From: Octopus sinensis | Taxonomy: Eukaryota | Length of the DNA: 64,000 nucleotides | Direction of reading: 5' to 3' | Assembly: GCF_006345805.1 (NCBI RefSeq) | Contig: NC_043001.1 | Location: forward strand, 116,746,001-116,810,000 | In this document: positions 1 through 11,926 of the stretch, in pieces | Layout: every line of letters begins with the position of its first letter | Numbering within the stretch: the first letter of the stretch is position 1 | Position numbers and translations under genes: made by a program | Notes under the pieces: model-generated | Database searches by the model: none | What the model was told of the DNA's origin: nothing | Seen by the model: the letters and a program-made list of their open reading frames with translations, nothing else

Positions 1-1097
1 GTCCCGGTCACTAGTCATTGCCTCGGTGAGGCCCAATGTTTGAAGGCCATGCTTCACTACCTCATCCCAGGTCTTCCTGGGTCTACCTCTTCCACAGGTT
101 CCCTCAAACGCTAGGGTGTTGCACTTTTTCACACAGCTATCCACATCCATTCTTGCCACATGACCATACCAGCGTAGTCATCTCTCTTGCACACCACATC
201 TGATGCTTCTTAGGTCCAACCTTTCTCTCAAGGCACTAACACTCTGTGAAGTGTGCACACTGACATTACACATCCATCAGAAGATGCTGGCTTCATTCCT
301 TGAGAGCTTACGCATGTCCTCAGCAGTCACAGCCCATGTTTCACTGCTGTTCGTACACATGCGTCGTACAGTCTACCTTTTACTCTGAGCGAGAGGCCCT
401 TTGTCACCAGCAGAGGTAAGAGCTCTCTGAACATAGCCCAGGCTATTCTTATTCTAGCGCACCCTCCCCCGCTACTGACTTGGTCACCTAGGTAACGGAA
501 GCTATCAACTACTTTTAGTTTTTCTCCCTGGAATGTGGCGGAAGTTGTTCTCTGCACATTTTCAGTGTTATTTACAGCTCCCGAGCATCTGCCACATACA
601 AAGGCTATCCTCCCAGTTAGCTTTCCTTTGATATTGTTGCACCTCTTATGTGTTCATAGTTTACACTGGGTTCATCTTACAGAGTTTCTACCTACGCCTT
701 TTCTACAGATCGAGCAGGGCCATCTACCTGAAGGGATTTGTGGTTTGCCTGCCTTCCTACTGATTAGGACTTTGGTTTTAGCTAGGTTGACTCTAAGGCC
801 CTTCAATTCTAATCCTTGTTTCCACATTTGAAACTTCTCCTCTAGTTCTGATAGTGACTCAGCAATTAGAGCTAGGTCAACAGCATATAGAAGCTCCCAG
901 GGGCATCTTGTCTTGAATTACCCCGTTATTGCCTGGAGGACTATGATAAATCGGAGGGAGCTAAGGACTGAACCTTGGTGGACCCCTACCTCTACCCGGA
1001 ATTCTTCACTGTACTCGTTGCCAACCTCCACCTTACTGACAGTGTCCCTGTATATGGCTCTCACTAACCATTCATCTATCCCTAGTTTCCTCATTGG
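1..1097 (-). mobile_element. RTE-clade LINE, degenerate RT and C-terminal region (5'-truncated, continues off the window)
   Basis: Minus-strand translations give VHQGSVLSSLRFIIVLQAIT, WELLYAVDLALIAES (decayed YADD), VVDSFRYLGD, RWYGHVARM and GRGRPRKTW, with frameshifts. Confidence 0.85.
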
Positions 1098-1127
1098 ACA
1101 CACACACATAAATGTAAGAACATATAC

Positions 1128-1271
1128 ACGAGGGGCTCCTTTCAGTTTGCATCTACCAAATCCACTCACAAGGCTTTGGTCGGCCTGAGGCTATAGTAGA
1201 AGACACTTGCCCAAGGTGCCATGCAGTGGGACTGAACCTGGAACCATGTGGTTGGAAGCAAGCTTCTTACC
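1128..1271 (-). mobile_element. CORE-type tRNA SINE head
   Basis: Reverse complement carries GGTTCAGTCCC (B-box-like) and CCTTGGGCAAGT (CORE motif). It matches many other copies in the window. Confidence 0.75.
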
Positions 1272-1496
1272 CCTTGACCCCCAGATAGAAGACAAGCTGT
1301 TTTTACTTAAAATTTATATAAATTTTTACTGATATTTAGTAAGATGAGATACATTGAAACTGGAAATATTTTCTTTAGATAATTTTTTATTAAATTCTCT
1401 CTTAAATTGAAATGTCTTAGACTTACTCCTGTGCTATTTCCACCTCCATCTTTTATATATATATAAAGAAAAAGAAAGTATTTCAAACAATCTATG

Positions 1497-1534
<38 letters not shown>

Positions 1535-2028
1535 CATGCATGTGTGTGTGTGGTAAACAGTAGAATCCCAGGAAATTAAAGAGTCTGCATCAGCAAAGCA
1601 TTCAAACAGTGGAATATTGTAACAATCACCACCACCACCACCACATACATTGTAGGAACTGAACCAAAACCAACATTCATGAAATACAAGTCTTCACGGG
1701 GTCGCTCGACCTGCTATAAATAGCAGCTAAATCTCCTATAAATCCCAATTTACTTTCTTAAAAAAGTGAGGGGACATTTTTTAAAATTATTTGTCTCAGT
1801 CTTGAAGTGGCTTCCAGCCATGGCCTTCACAAACCCTCACAATTTTAACAGTTGGAATGTCTTTCGATCACAGACCTGTTCCATCAAAGCCGAAGTGGGG
1901 GCAAAACAACAAATTTGGGATACAAAAGTAAAAATAAAGTGAAGGATAATGATAATGATGTTGATCTGCAATGGTTATATAAAATAAGAAACACACCATG
2001 ATGAATTATGAAGTAGAGTATGAACATA

Positions 2029-2414
2029 TCTATATATACAAAAGTGAGGTTGTGTGCTGTCTGTCTCCTACGATTTAGATTCCTAACTACTCCCACATTT
2101 TGCGGTGCAGTCATATAGTCATGATACATATCGAGCCCTTCTGGGTATTAGCGCGCGTCTACGATGAGTCTACGATTTTAAAAAAATTTTAACATAATTT
2201 TTTCCCATTTTTAATGCAATTTTTTGCTATTATATAAGGGAAGTAACTCTCTAAAAATGTATTATTAAATCTCAGAACGTTAAAAGCTACAGTAACATCC
2301 ACCACCCCCTTTGTAGTTAGCCATATTGAGATGGCTATTATACTTTACATCTCTAAAAATGCTTATATAGTTATTTCCCTTACAAACCCGAGCAACGCCG
2401 GGCGATACTGCTAG
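2029..2414 (+). mobile_element. Non-autonomous Helitron
   Basis: Starts TC (A|TCTATATATACAAAAG) and ends with hairpin CCCG-agcaacgc-CGGG plus CTAG|T, inserted between A and T with no TSD. A near-copy lies at 11319-11713. Confidence 0.8.
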
Positions 2415-2689
2415 TAAAGTATAGAATATAAATAAATCATACGTTCTGACATCAGGAACAGAGGGACCTAACCCAAGTTCGACATCACGTTCTGGGAACC
2501 TTTACAAGGTCGCTAGACCTGCTGGATTCACGGGGTAGCGTTCTCTACATTTGTTGAGAAACCGAATAACACGCAACCATATCTGAAACGATGGTCACCG
2601 CTGGAGTGCTTTTGATCATATGTCAGCTTGATCAGGACTGAACAAGAGGTAAACAAATAAATATAGGAGACCAAACCGAGGGAATGTCT

Positions 2690-2880
2690 GCCGGGGTGGC
2701 CGAACAGCTAAAAGTAGCAGCCAAATTTCCCTCCAATCACAATGTTGTTTAAAAAAAGAAAACACACTTTGGACAGCGTAGTCCTAGATAAACAAAAACT
2801 CAAGATTGTTACGGTTGGAAGGATTTTGATCATTGATCCGTTCGATCATGACTGACTCGAGGCTAAACTACAATAACAAC
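2690..2880 (+). repeat. Unclassified interspersed repeat (also ~8700-8885, ~18760-18940)
   Basis: Shared motifs tagcagccaaat.tccctc, gtagtcctagata, ggaa..c.tttgatcat and ggctaaac.acaac occur in several places. Confidence 0.45.
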
Positions 2881-3319
2881 AGAAGCTGGTTCTCTCGATA
2901 TGTTTAAGAACCAAAGCTATAGTTTCGACAACCAACATCGCTTTATTCGATAAAAGCTGAGGTGCCCTTTTAAGTTTTTCAAGCAAAACTAAGAGGCAGT
3001 GGATCCTCACTTAAAATATAAATTGTTGAGTTTATCACATTTTAATATTTTGTCAACAATTTTTGATTCAGTTACGAATATATTTTCAAATTATTCAGTG
3101 AATCCTACAGAAAAAGTCGAAACATGGTAAGTTGTGAGACTCGAGACGGAGAGGGGAAGAAATCTTCTGATACTGACCGGCCCAAGGATTTCTTAGTTTA
3201 ACAAAGAAGGCCAGAAAACATAATTGAGTAAATCGATCTTTATATATTACAGTTACACATTGTATCGACTCTGGCGTTGGTCTCAGCTAGATTTGATCTC
3301 AGAACTACCACAATGTTTT

Positions 3320-3545
3320 CTTTATGATTTCTAACATTGGTACAAGATTACAGATCGTAGAAGGAGGGAATAATCGATGTGATCGGTTCCAATTCGTGAT
3401 CGATACTTTATGTAATCGCCCCCCCCCCCATGGAAGGATAAAAAGCAAAGTTGACCTCAGTGGGATTTGAACCTCTGAACGTAAAGGGAGGTAACTATAT
3501 ACTGGAAGGTATTTGGTCCGACGCTCTACCGTTTCTGCCATCAAC
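3320..3545 (-). mobile_element. Decayed Meta-domain-like SINE (tail A)
   Basis: Reverse complement shows GGTTCAAATCCC and GGTCAACTTTGCTTTTTATCCTTCC. Confidence 0.6.
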
Positions 3546-4289
3546 AATAAATAATGGTTTCGTTTTAGAAATCTTAACTTGGACATTTTTTTTCACAGAC
3601 AAACACCGCAATACACTTCTTTCTCAAGCAAACTAATATTATGTAATCAACTTAGTAACCAGTTTATGCGGTTCAAATTCTTAAAATAAATAAATCTATA
3701 TTCGTATTTTTGCTTTATATCTTTACATAAATCTTAATAAATCCAATAAATCTTCCTAAATACACTTGTTTTATTATTTTCATTATGAAGAAAATATCAT
3801 CTGTACTTTTATTTTATCCTTATGTTCTCAGAACAAAATCTACGCACTATATATATATATTTAAGAACCTTAAAGATTCTATGAAATTAAAGAAGCTACA
3901 TATCAAGATGATAAAAAAAAAAGGTATCGGTAGAAATATTTCACATGAAAAACAAATGTAGAATCTCCATCCACACTTGACAAGATTCAGCACAAGTGAA
4001 GCGTGAATAACTGTCCACATGTAAAAGACATCTCAACATCTTGAACAATATTAAACGGAGTTTACGATTTTCCATAAAGTGACTTATTATAAATTACTGA
4101 TCGTACAAAATTTTTATTCAAATTAAAAACCAGAGAGAAAGATAGTAGGAAATTCTGAAGGAAAGATCTCTTGTAAAATAAGAGACATTTTAGATGGGAA
4201 AAACAGGGTTGATTCCAAGAAATTTATTGAGATGTCTATTGCTGTCTAACTGCGAAATATTTGATTTCCTTAGCTAAGTTACTAAAATA

Positions 4290-4705
4290 ATCATATATAT
4301 ATATATAAATTATATATCTATCATATATATATATATAATCATATAAATATATATACCTCACATATATATACATATGTATATATACATATATAGAGATATA
4401 ATATAAATATATATACCTCATATATATATATATATACATCACATATATATACATATGTATATATACATATATAGAGATATAATATAAATATATATACCTC
4501 ATATATATATATACATCACATATATATAAATATATATATATACATGATATATATATATATACCCACACATCGTATATATATATATATATACACACATCAT
4601 ATATATATATACACACATCATATATATATACACACATCATATATATCATATCATATATACACATCATATATATACATATACATCGTATATATATGTGTGT
4701 GTGTC
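4290..4705. repeat. Compound (TA)n/(CATA) microsatellite with ~80-bp higher-order units
   Basis: The block catatgtatatatacatatatagagatataatataaatatatatacctca is directly repeated within a TA-rich tract. Confidence 0.9.
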
Positions 4706-5314
4706 TAGATAGATATCTTCGCCTCAAAGAAATCAGTCAAAATTATATAAGGTATTTCAACAGGGTTGCTGCTGATCACCTCAAAATACCCAGCTACAAC
4801 TTGGATCAGATCATTAAAAAAACCAAGCTTAGATTATTGATAAATCGAAAGTAAACTTTTAACTGCTTTAAAATAAAAATTTCAACTAAAGGAAGTACAC
4901 CTAACATATTAATATATATATATATATATATATATACATGGCTTTAGTGACACATCGTTTTAATTTTCATTTTTCTACTCTTTAAAAGCTACAAATAAAA
5001 AAAATTAATAGTAAGTGCTGTCCTATCGCTCAACCGAAGTATTAATGTCAAAGTAATATGAAATAAAAATCGATAATACAACTTCGGTGGTGAAATTAAA
5101 GTTAATTCTGTTTGTGGTTGGATTGCAATTATAAATTGATCCCTGACTTTGTGGCCACAATTATCTCGCAGCGAGCACCGGCGGTGAATATAAATTAGTG
5201 GAGGGAGGAGGAGGGTATAAAAAGAGAGCGAAACGACATCAAAGACCAGAACTCTTGTTGATTGCAATACTTATAGGTGATAAAATGAAAGAATTGACCA
5301 AATACGATTATTAC

Positions 5315-5425
5315 CTCTTCGCTGATGTTGCCGACAATATAATAGGTAACATCCTTAAACAAACGTTCAGGTGGTTCCAAGGCCATAGCGGCTTTGGAAT
5401 TATCCTTGTTTGTGTCGACCGTCAT
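5315..5425 (-). CDS. PAXIP1: PAX-interacting protein 1 (PTIP), first coding exon (start of BRCT1). Later exons were not found in the window
   Basis: MTVDTNKDNSKAAMALEPPERLFKDVTYYIVGNISEE resembles the vertebrate PTIP N-terminus (PEEMFREVKYYAVGDIDPQ). It ends at a phase-0 donor, GAG|GTAATA, at 5315/5314. Confidence 0.8.
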
Positions 5426-5451
5426 CGCTGCAGCCGGCAACAATGTGGTTA

Positions 5452-5472
5452 TTTTCCCGCTAAATCGCCAAA
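5452..5472. promoter_or_regulatory. Candidate E2F sites just upstream of the PAXIP1 ATG
   Basis: TTTTCCCGC (5452-5460) fits TTTSSCGC. TCGCCAAA (5465-5472) is a one-mismatch inverse site. Confidence 0.35.
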
Positions 5473-5724
5473 CTCTCGCTCTTTCTCGCTACTCGACTTA
5501 TACACGCAGTAGTTGCTTGGTAATAAATAAGTCGGCCTCGAAATAAATTATGTTATTCGTTTGGAGTTTTATTATTATTCTCATCATCCTGAGTAACAAT
5601 TTTTACTAACAATGAATTAAGAATTATTAATACAACATATTCGTGTAATTTCTAACTACTAAAAATAGTAGTGTAAGAGGCTTATTTCATACCATTTGAA
5701 CTAAAGATACACACACACACATAT

Positions 5725-5775
5725 TGTATATATATATATATATATAAACACAGACCTCTCTCCCTCTCCGCTCAC

Positions 5776-5823
<48 letters not shown>

Positions 5824-5960
5824 ACAAACACGGTCCTCTCTCTCTCTTTCTCTCCCTCCCTGCTCACAGGCGTGTGTGTGTATATATATATATATCAACA
5901 AACACACACCTCTCTCTCTCTCTCTCCGCTCACAGGTATATATATATATATATATATATA
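5725..5960. repeat. Three-unit compound repeat (TA)n-caacaaacac-(CT)n-ccgctcacagg
   Basis: gctcacagg is seen three times, each after a CT tract and before TA/TG tracts. Confidence 0.85.
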
Positions 5961-6559
5961 ACTGTATACACGCGCGTGTGTGTTTGTATGTATACGTACC
6001 TATATTACATATATTCAGTCAGAAATTATTTAGTGCGCCAAAATTCGAGTATGTTTTCCACGTCAGAAATTTGAATTCTTCAAAAATTATTTATAATTTC
6101 TAAAATCACATTTGAAATAATTTTTGTACAATAGACAAAACTGAAAAATTACGGAAAAGGGGAGTCCCCCTTTAGATCTTTTTCAACATCGTAATCTATG
6201 ATACTTATCCGAAGAAATTAGTTTTTAGGAACAACACACACACACACACACGTATCCTGTGTATATGTGTGTCCTTACTTGATTGACTGTCAAAATTACA
6301 AAACAAACACCTACAAAATCATATATTATTAGCTACCATCTCTTACTGAAGGTGTGTATAATATTTATTCAATTTTATGCAGATTGTTTGAAGTGAATTG
6401 TTAAAATATTCGTAAACATGTAATGTTTAAGAATATATTAGAAGTGATTGGTTCAGTAAATGATTTCTCCTTCGTTGGTCAGTCAAATAAATCACCCATT
6501 CTCTCTCTCACACACACATTGTGTCATTGGTAAGTCAGTTGAACAATTACAAAAATAGA

Positions 6560-8075
6560 TATTGAAGATGGACAAAAAACAAGTTATAATAATGGTAAAA
6601 GATCTTTCCAAACCCACAAAGTAAGGAAACTGATGGCAGGGGATAAAAAAAGAAAGGAAAAAAAAGTGAATGCCAATCCTGCCTCAATGCTGATACTTCT
6701 AAATACGCAAAGAGCAGGCAACAAACAAAAAGGGTGACATAAAGCATTGTATGATAGGCAGGCCTTCACATTCAACAAGGAACAGGTAGGAGGAAAGCAA
6801 GAAAGAACTTCAAGAATATCTCAATATTGATGCCTTTAGGTATTCTATGACTAGACAAGAGTCTGCTGTGGAAAAACAGGCTTTCCATTTATTACAAACA
6901 AAAGCCACCAACCAAAGGGCAGTAACAATTTGCTGCAGCCAACTTGCTAAATGTCTCTTCGATAGCTGAGCTAATGTAAACTATTCTATCAGTACTGTGG
7001 CAATTGTTTACATGTGAGAAATGTTATTATTGTGGAGCAAAGAAACAGAAAGGTAATACATCATCGTTGTGTTGTTCTAATGGCAATATTAGCATAACGT
7101 TATTGAAAGAATCTCCAGAACTACTGAAAATGTTATTGATACCTACAACACCTAAGTCTATACATTTACTAAAGCTGATCAGAAGTTACAGCTTAACAAA
7201 TTGGAAGACATCTTTCAGAGCTAACACCATAAGAGAAGAAGGCTCTATGACAACATTTAAATTATAAGGAGGAGTCTACCATTGTATCAGACCACTTGAA
7301 GTCCATGTTGATGAATCTGCACAATTCTTGCAAGTTTGGGCATATGGAAGCTCTCCATCGGTTACGACGACGAGGGTCCGGTTGATCCGATCAACGGAAC
7401 AGCCTGCTCGTGAAATTAACGTGTAAGTGGCTGAGCACTCCACAGACACGTGTACCCTTAATGTAGTTCTCGGGGATATTCAGCGTGACACAGAGAGTGA
7501 CAAGGCCGGCCCTTTGAAATACAGGTACAACAGAAACAGGAAGTAAGAGTGAGAGAAAGTTGAGGTGAAAGAGTACAGCAGGGATCACCACCACCCCCTG
7601 CCGGAGCCTCGTGGAGCTTTAGGTGTTTTCGCTCAATAAACACTCACAACGCCCGGTCTGGGAATCGAAACCGCGATCCTAGGTCCGCTGCCCTAACCCC
7701 TGGGCCATTGCGCCTCCATTTTGGGCATATGCCTATACAGGAAATACAACATTGAAATTACATGAAAAGCACAAGACTTAATAATCATATCATGGCTCCA
7801 GGAGATGACTAATTCCACAAATAATTGTTTAAAATGTTTTAAATATGCATTTGAAATTTTCTTGGAGGAATTTCATATTCGTTATTGAACCAGATAAGCA
7901 CAAGAACAACATCATGGCCAATTCAGTGAACAAACCTGCAACACAAGTGCATTGATCATGGGATGTATTGGAAAAATCATACATTTCCATAAAACTGAGA
8001 ACCTCCAGAAGATAAGATGCAGTGGTCATATGATGACCTTCTGTTTCTGTCTATGAACATGGAAAGAATGGAAAC
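6560..8075 (+). pseudogene. Decayed autonomous Helitron RepHel N-terminal region, interrupted by a SINE
   Basis: KCYYCGAKK...LCCSNG...PELLKMLL...IRSY...TSFRA...TFKL*GGVYH...QFLQ continues after 7731 with LQEM...FKYAFE and SYDDL. This is the pattern of the Helitron helicase-like N-terminal domain. Confidence 0.7.
7347..7719 (-). mobile_element. tRNA-Arg-headed SINE (OR-like), full length with 12-bp TSD
   Basis: A-box TGGCCCAGGGG and B-box GGTTTCGATTCC. TSD TTTGGGCATATG at 7335-7346 and 7720-7731. Confidence 0.85.
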
Positions 8076-8204
8076 CACTTAGAGAACAAAAACTCTCATG
8101 TTTGTATTTTTATGTATAACCTTTTATTGTTGATAATTACTACTTCAACCATTTACAGCAACATCACCAATATGTTGCTGATATTTATGTCAAAGAGGAG
8201 ACCA

Positions 8205-8410
8205 CTCAAAACGCCAACCACTCTGAGAATGTAGTGCGTGCTTTTACGTGCCACCGGCACAAGGACCAGTCAGGCGGTACTGGCAATGGCCATGCTCAAA
8301 TGGTGGTTTTACATGCCACCTGCACAGGAGCCAGTCCAGCGCCATTGGCAACGACCTTGGTCGAATGCTTTTTCACGTGCCACCGCACAAGTGCCAGTAT
8401 GGCACACTAA
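8205..8410 (-). mobile_element. RTE LINE 3'-UTR fragment with internal ~60-bp repeats
   Basis: Contains aacgccaaccactctgagaatgtagtg and repeated ttttacgtgccacc units, as in 17330-17737. Confidence 0.65.
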
Positions 8411-9225
8411 TAACAATCACGCTGGAATGGTGCTTTTCTCAATACATCTATGTAGTAGTTGTTTATCATAGCCAAGCTGCAACAGCTTTACAACTTTAAA
8501 GTTCCTCTGAATCATATCTGGAAAATCCTTTGGCTCCTCTAACCAACAAAGCAGATTTCTTTGTGAGGCTCCTACAGCCATGAATCCATGTAACCATCTT
8601 AGAACAAAACAAAAAAATAAAGCTTAACTTTTGCTAACAATATTTAATTTATAGCTGTAGCACCCCAAAAGTCTAATTGAAAACTTGAGCCAGTGAGTGA
8701 GCCTCTACAAAGTCAGTCAGTCTGTTAGAAACAGAAGCTAAATTTCTCTCAACTTGACACTTTACTGTCTTAAAGAATGATACATTAGACAATGTAGTTC
8801 CTAATATACAGGAATACAGGATGGTTGGAATACCTTTGATCATAAGTCTGTTTCATCAAGATTGACATGAGGCTAAAATAAAATCATAGGAAGTGAAGGT
8901 TGTGAAAACTGAAAAGGTGGTGGCAAAATAGCATTTAAGATGGTTCCCAACTCTTAAAAATTGCCCAATATCATGAGGAATAAGGAAAAATTATTAGGCT
9001 GTAAACTCTATTTTGTCTTTTCATGACAGATATATATCACTAATATTTTTGATAGAGGTCTCAGTATTTGTCAGAGTCAGAACTACAGTGGCAAATGATT
9101 AAAATCTTGCTCTCCAGGAATGAGAGAAAAAAAGTAAATTACTAGAATAATAATTTAAGATAAACATAGTTGCCCACTTGCTAATTACATAATAAACTTA
9201 TATATATATACTCTCTTTCTTTTTT

Positions 9226-9615
9226 CTCTCTTTTACATGTTTCATCCATTTGACTGCAGTCATGCTGGAGCACCACCTTTAGTCAAGCAAATCGATCCCA
9301 GGACTTAATCTTTTGTAAACCCAGTACTTATTCTATCGGTCTCTTTTTGCCGAACCGCTAAGTCACGGGGACGTAAATACACCAGCATCGGTTGTCAAGC
9401 AATGCTAGGGGGACAAACACACACACACATAGATATATATATATATATATATACGACAGGCTTCTTTCAGTTTCCGTCTACCAAATCCACTCACAAGGCA
9501 TTGGTCGGTCCGGGGCTATAGCAGAAGACACTTGCCCAAGATGCCACACAGTGAGACTGAACCCGGAACCATGTGGTTGGTTAGCAAGCAACTTACCACA
9601 CAGCCACTCCTGCGC
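9226..9615 (-). mobile_element. Full-length CORE-type SINE with 3' module X
   Basis: Head, CORE motif, (TA)/(CA) linker, then the module ending gcagtcaaatggatgaaacatgtaaaagag. Confidence 0.8.
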
Positions 9616-9877
9616 CTATATAAATTATTATATATAATTTATAATTTTGTTTTTATCTCTTACTTGTTCCCGTCATGGAACTGTGGCCATACTGAAGCAC
9701 TGTCTTAAAAAGTTTAATTGAACAAATTGAATCTAATACTTATTTATTTTTTTTAAATTCTGGTTCTTATGCTATTAGCCATTTTAGCCAAACTACTACT
9801 AAGTTGCAACAATATAAACAAACTATCACTGATTGTTGAGTGGTGAGGGGAGGCAGACACATACACATACATATATG

Positions 9878-10372
9878 CTTCTTTATTGGCCACGCAGGGC
9901 TGAACACAGAAGGGACAAAATACAAAGTAGAGCTTTTCTTTTGGAGAGGAAGAAAAAAAGAAAAGGTGGGTCGAATTCTGATCAAAAGGGATCGTGGAAA
10001 AAACAGGTGGGGCTGATCAATAGGGCTTGTGTATCACAGAAATGTCAATGTAAAAAGGGGAAACAGATTAGGTTTATCCGTGGAAAGAAAAGCCTATGGA
10101 AAAGACCATGGTAATCTTGGGCAATAGCGTCATCCAAAAAACACATTACAATAACTGGCTCTCTTTTTTCCTTTCCTATTTTTTGGGTTTTTTTGGTCCA
10201 TTGGATCATGCTGAAGCTGGCTCCATCTTTCACATGTCATCCTTGCTACATTCACCCATCTGTTTTTGAAACATTCACTAGACAAAACTTCCCTCTCAAC
10301 TCTCACCTTCCTCTTCAAGTGATACTTGAAGAAGTTGATGAGAGATTGACCAGAGATCTCGTTGTCAAAGAT
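9878..10372 (-). mobile_element. Putative Tx1/L1-clade LINE 3' end
   Basis: Minus frame ISGQSLINFFKYHLKRKVRVEREVLSSECFKNRWVNVARM, then a 3' UTR ending TTTTGTCCCTTCTGTGTTCAGCCCTGCGTGGCCAATAAAGAA. The clade call rests on recalled similarity to Tx1-like ORF2 C-termini. Confidence 0.5.
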
Positions 10373-10721
10373 TATGTGCTAAAAAAGTGGGTTATACTTC
10401 AACAAAATATTTTGACAATTTCATTTCACAGATTTTCTAATAATATCTAAATATATAAATATTATTTGAAAACATTAAATGACTAGTGGATGCCAGTAGA
10501 GTGAAATAGGATTCAAAGAGGTCCATAGGTACAAAAATGGTTGAGAACCACTGGATCACTGGTGTATACAAGAGAAAACAATAATGCCATAAAGGTTTTT
10601 AGTTGTGTCAAAATTCCTGTGATGCCCAGTGCCATGTATAATTGAAGGAATGTACAAGCTGTTTTACTAATTTGTTCATTTCTTTTTGATTGATTTTTGC
10701 TTACTGAAGCCCATCATATAT

Positions 10722-11125
10722 CATCATCATCATCATCTTTTAACGTCCATTTTCCATGCTGGCATGGGTTGGACGGTTTGACCAGAGCTAGCAAGCTGCC
10801 TCTGATTCCAGTTGGATTTAGCTTGCTATCTACGGCAGGATGCCCTTCCTAACTCCAACCACACTACGGTGTGTGTGTGTGTGTACGTATAAATATAAGT
10901 GCATGGGTCGCTGTCACATTGCCTTGACGTAGCGTGATAGTTGTAAACGAGCGTCACCGTCATGCAAGGGAAATATACCTTACTTGGAAACAGGCGAAGG
11001 TAAGCGACAGGAAGGGCATCCAACTGTTAAAATCCACATCAACAAATTCCGTCCAACACATGAAAGCATGGAAAAGGACGTTAAAATAATGATGATGATG
11101 ATGATCATCATCATCATCATCATCA
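10722..11125. mobile_element. RTE-tail fragment (-) joined to a SINE 3' module Y with RTE-like tail (+)
   Basis: catcatcatctttaacgtcc...gatgcccttcctaac on -, then gcgacaggaagggcatcc...ggacgttaaaataatgatgatg on +. Confidence 0.6.
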
Positions 11126-11318
11126 TCAACTTTGGTAAATTGTATTCTCTGGCAGTATTATATTTAATTGCAATAAAAAAAGAAAGAATAATACAAGAAA
11201 TAAATAATTTGGTCTCCCTAAAAAAAAAAGAAAGAAAAAAGAAAAATATGGAGATGAAAAAGGGAAGTTGTTTGTTTACTAAGATCTAACGTGAGTCAAT
11301 ATTCGCCGGAACAAGTAA

Positions 11319-11713
11319 TCTTTATATATAAAAGAGAGGTTGTGTGTCTGTCTCCTACGATTTAGATTCCTCACTATTCCCACATTTTGCGGTGCAGTTT
11401 AACCAAAAGCGAGAATCTTATAGTCGTGATTCATATCGAGCCCTTCTGGGTATTAGCGCGCGTCTACGATGAGTCTACGATTTAAAAAAAAATTACCATC
11501 ATTTTTTTCCATTTTAATGCATTTTTTCGCTATTATATAAGGGCAGTAACTCTCTAAAAATGTCTACGATGAGTCAACGATTTAAAAAAAATTATCATAA
11601 TTTTTTTTCCATTTTTAATGCATTATTTTGCTATTTTTTGGCTATAACTCTCTAAAAATCCTTATATAGTTATTTCCCTTACAAACCCGAGCAACGCCGG
11701 GCGATACTGCTAG
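11319..11713 (+). mobile_element. Non-autonomous Helitron
   Basis: A|TC start, CCCGAGCAACGCCGGG hairpin and CTAG|T end. Contains an internal duplication of the ctacgatgagtc.acgattt block. Confidence 0.8.
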
Positions 11714-11926
11714 TAAGAAATAAAAATAAACAGCTTGCTGTGTGAATTAAATTAAACAAAAGCTCAGGCTAAAAGAAATACTGGGGTTGATATAACTGAC
11801 TTAGGAAAAAGAAAATAGAAGATGGTGCTCCGGCATTGCCGCAGGCCGATAACCAAAGCCAATTAAAAATATAAACCAAGGAATAAGTTTTATAAAAAGA
11901 AGAAAAAAAACTAAAAAAATAACCTC

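Noticed and set aside
1-5314. PAXIP1 exon 2
   Set aside because: No minus-strand exon resembling the rest of BRCT1 was recognised, so intron 1 probably runs off the window.
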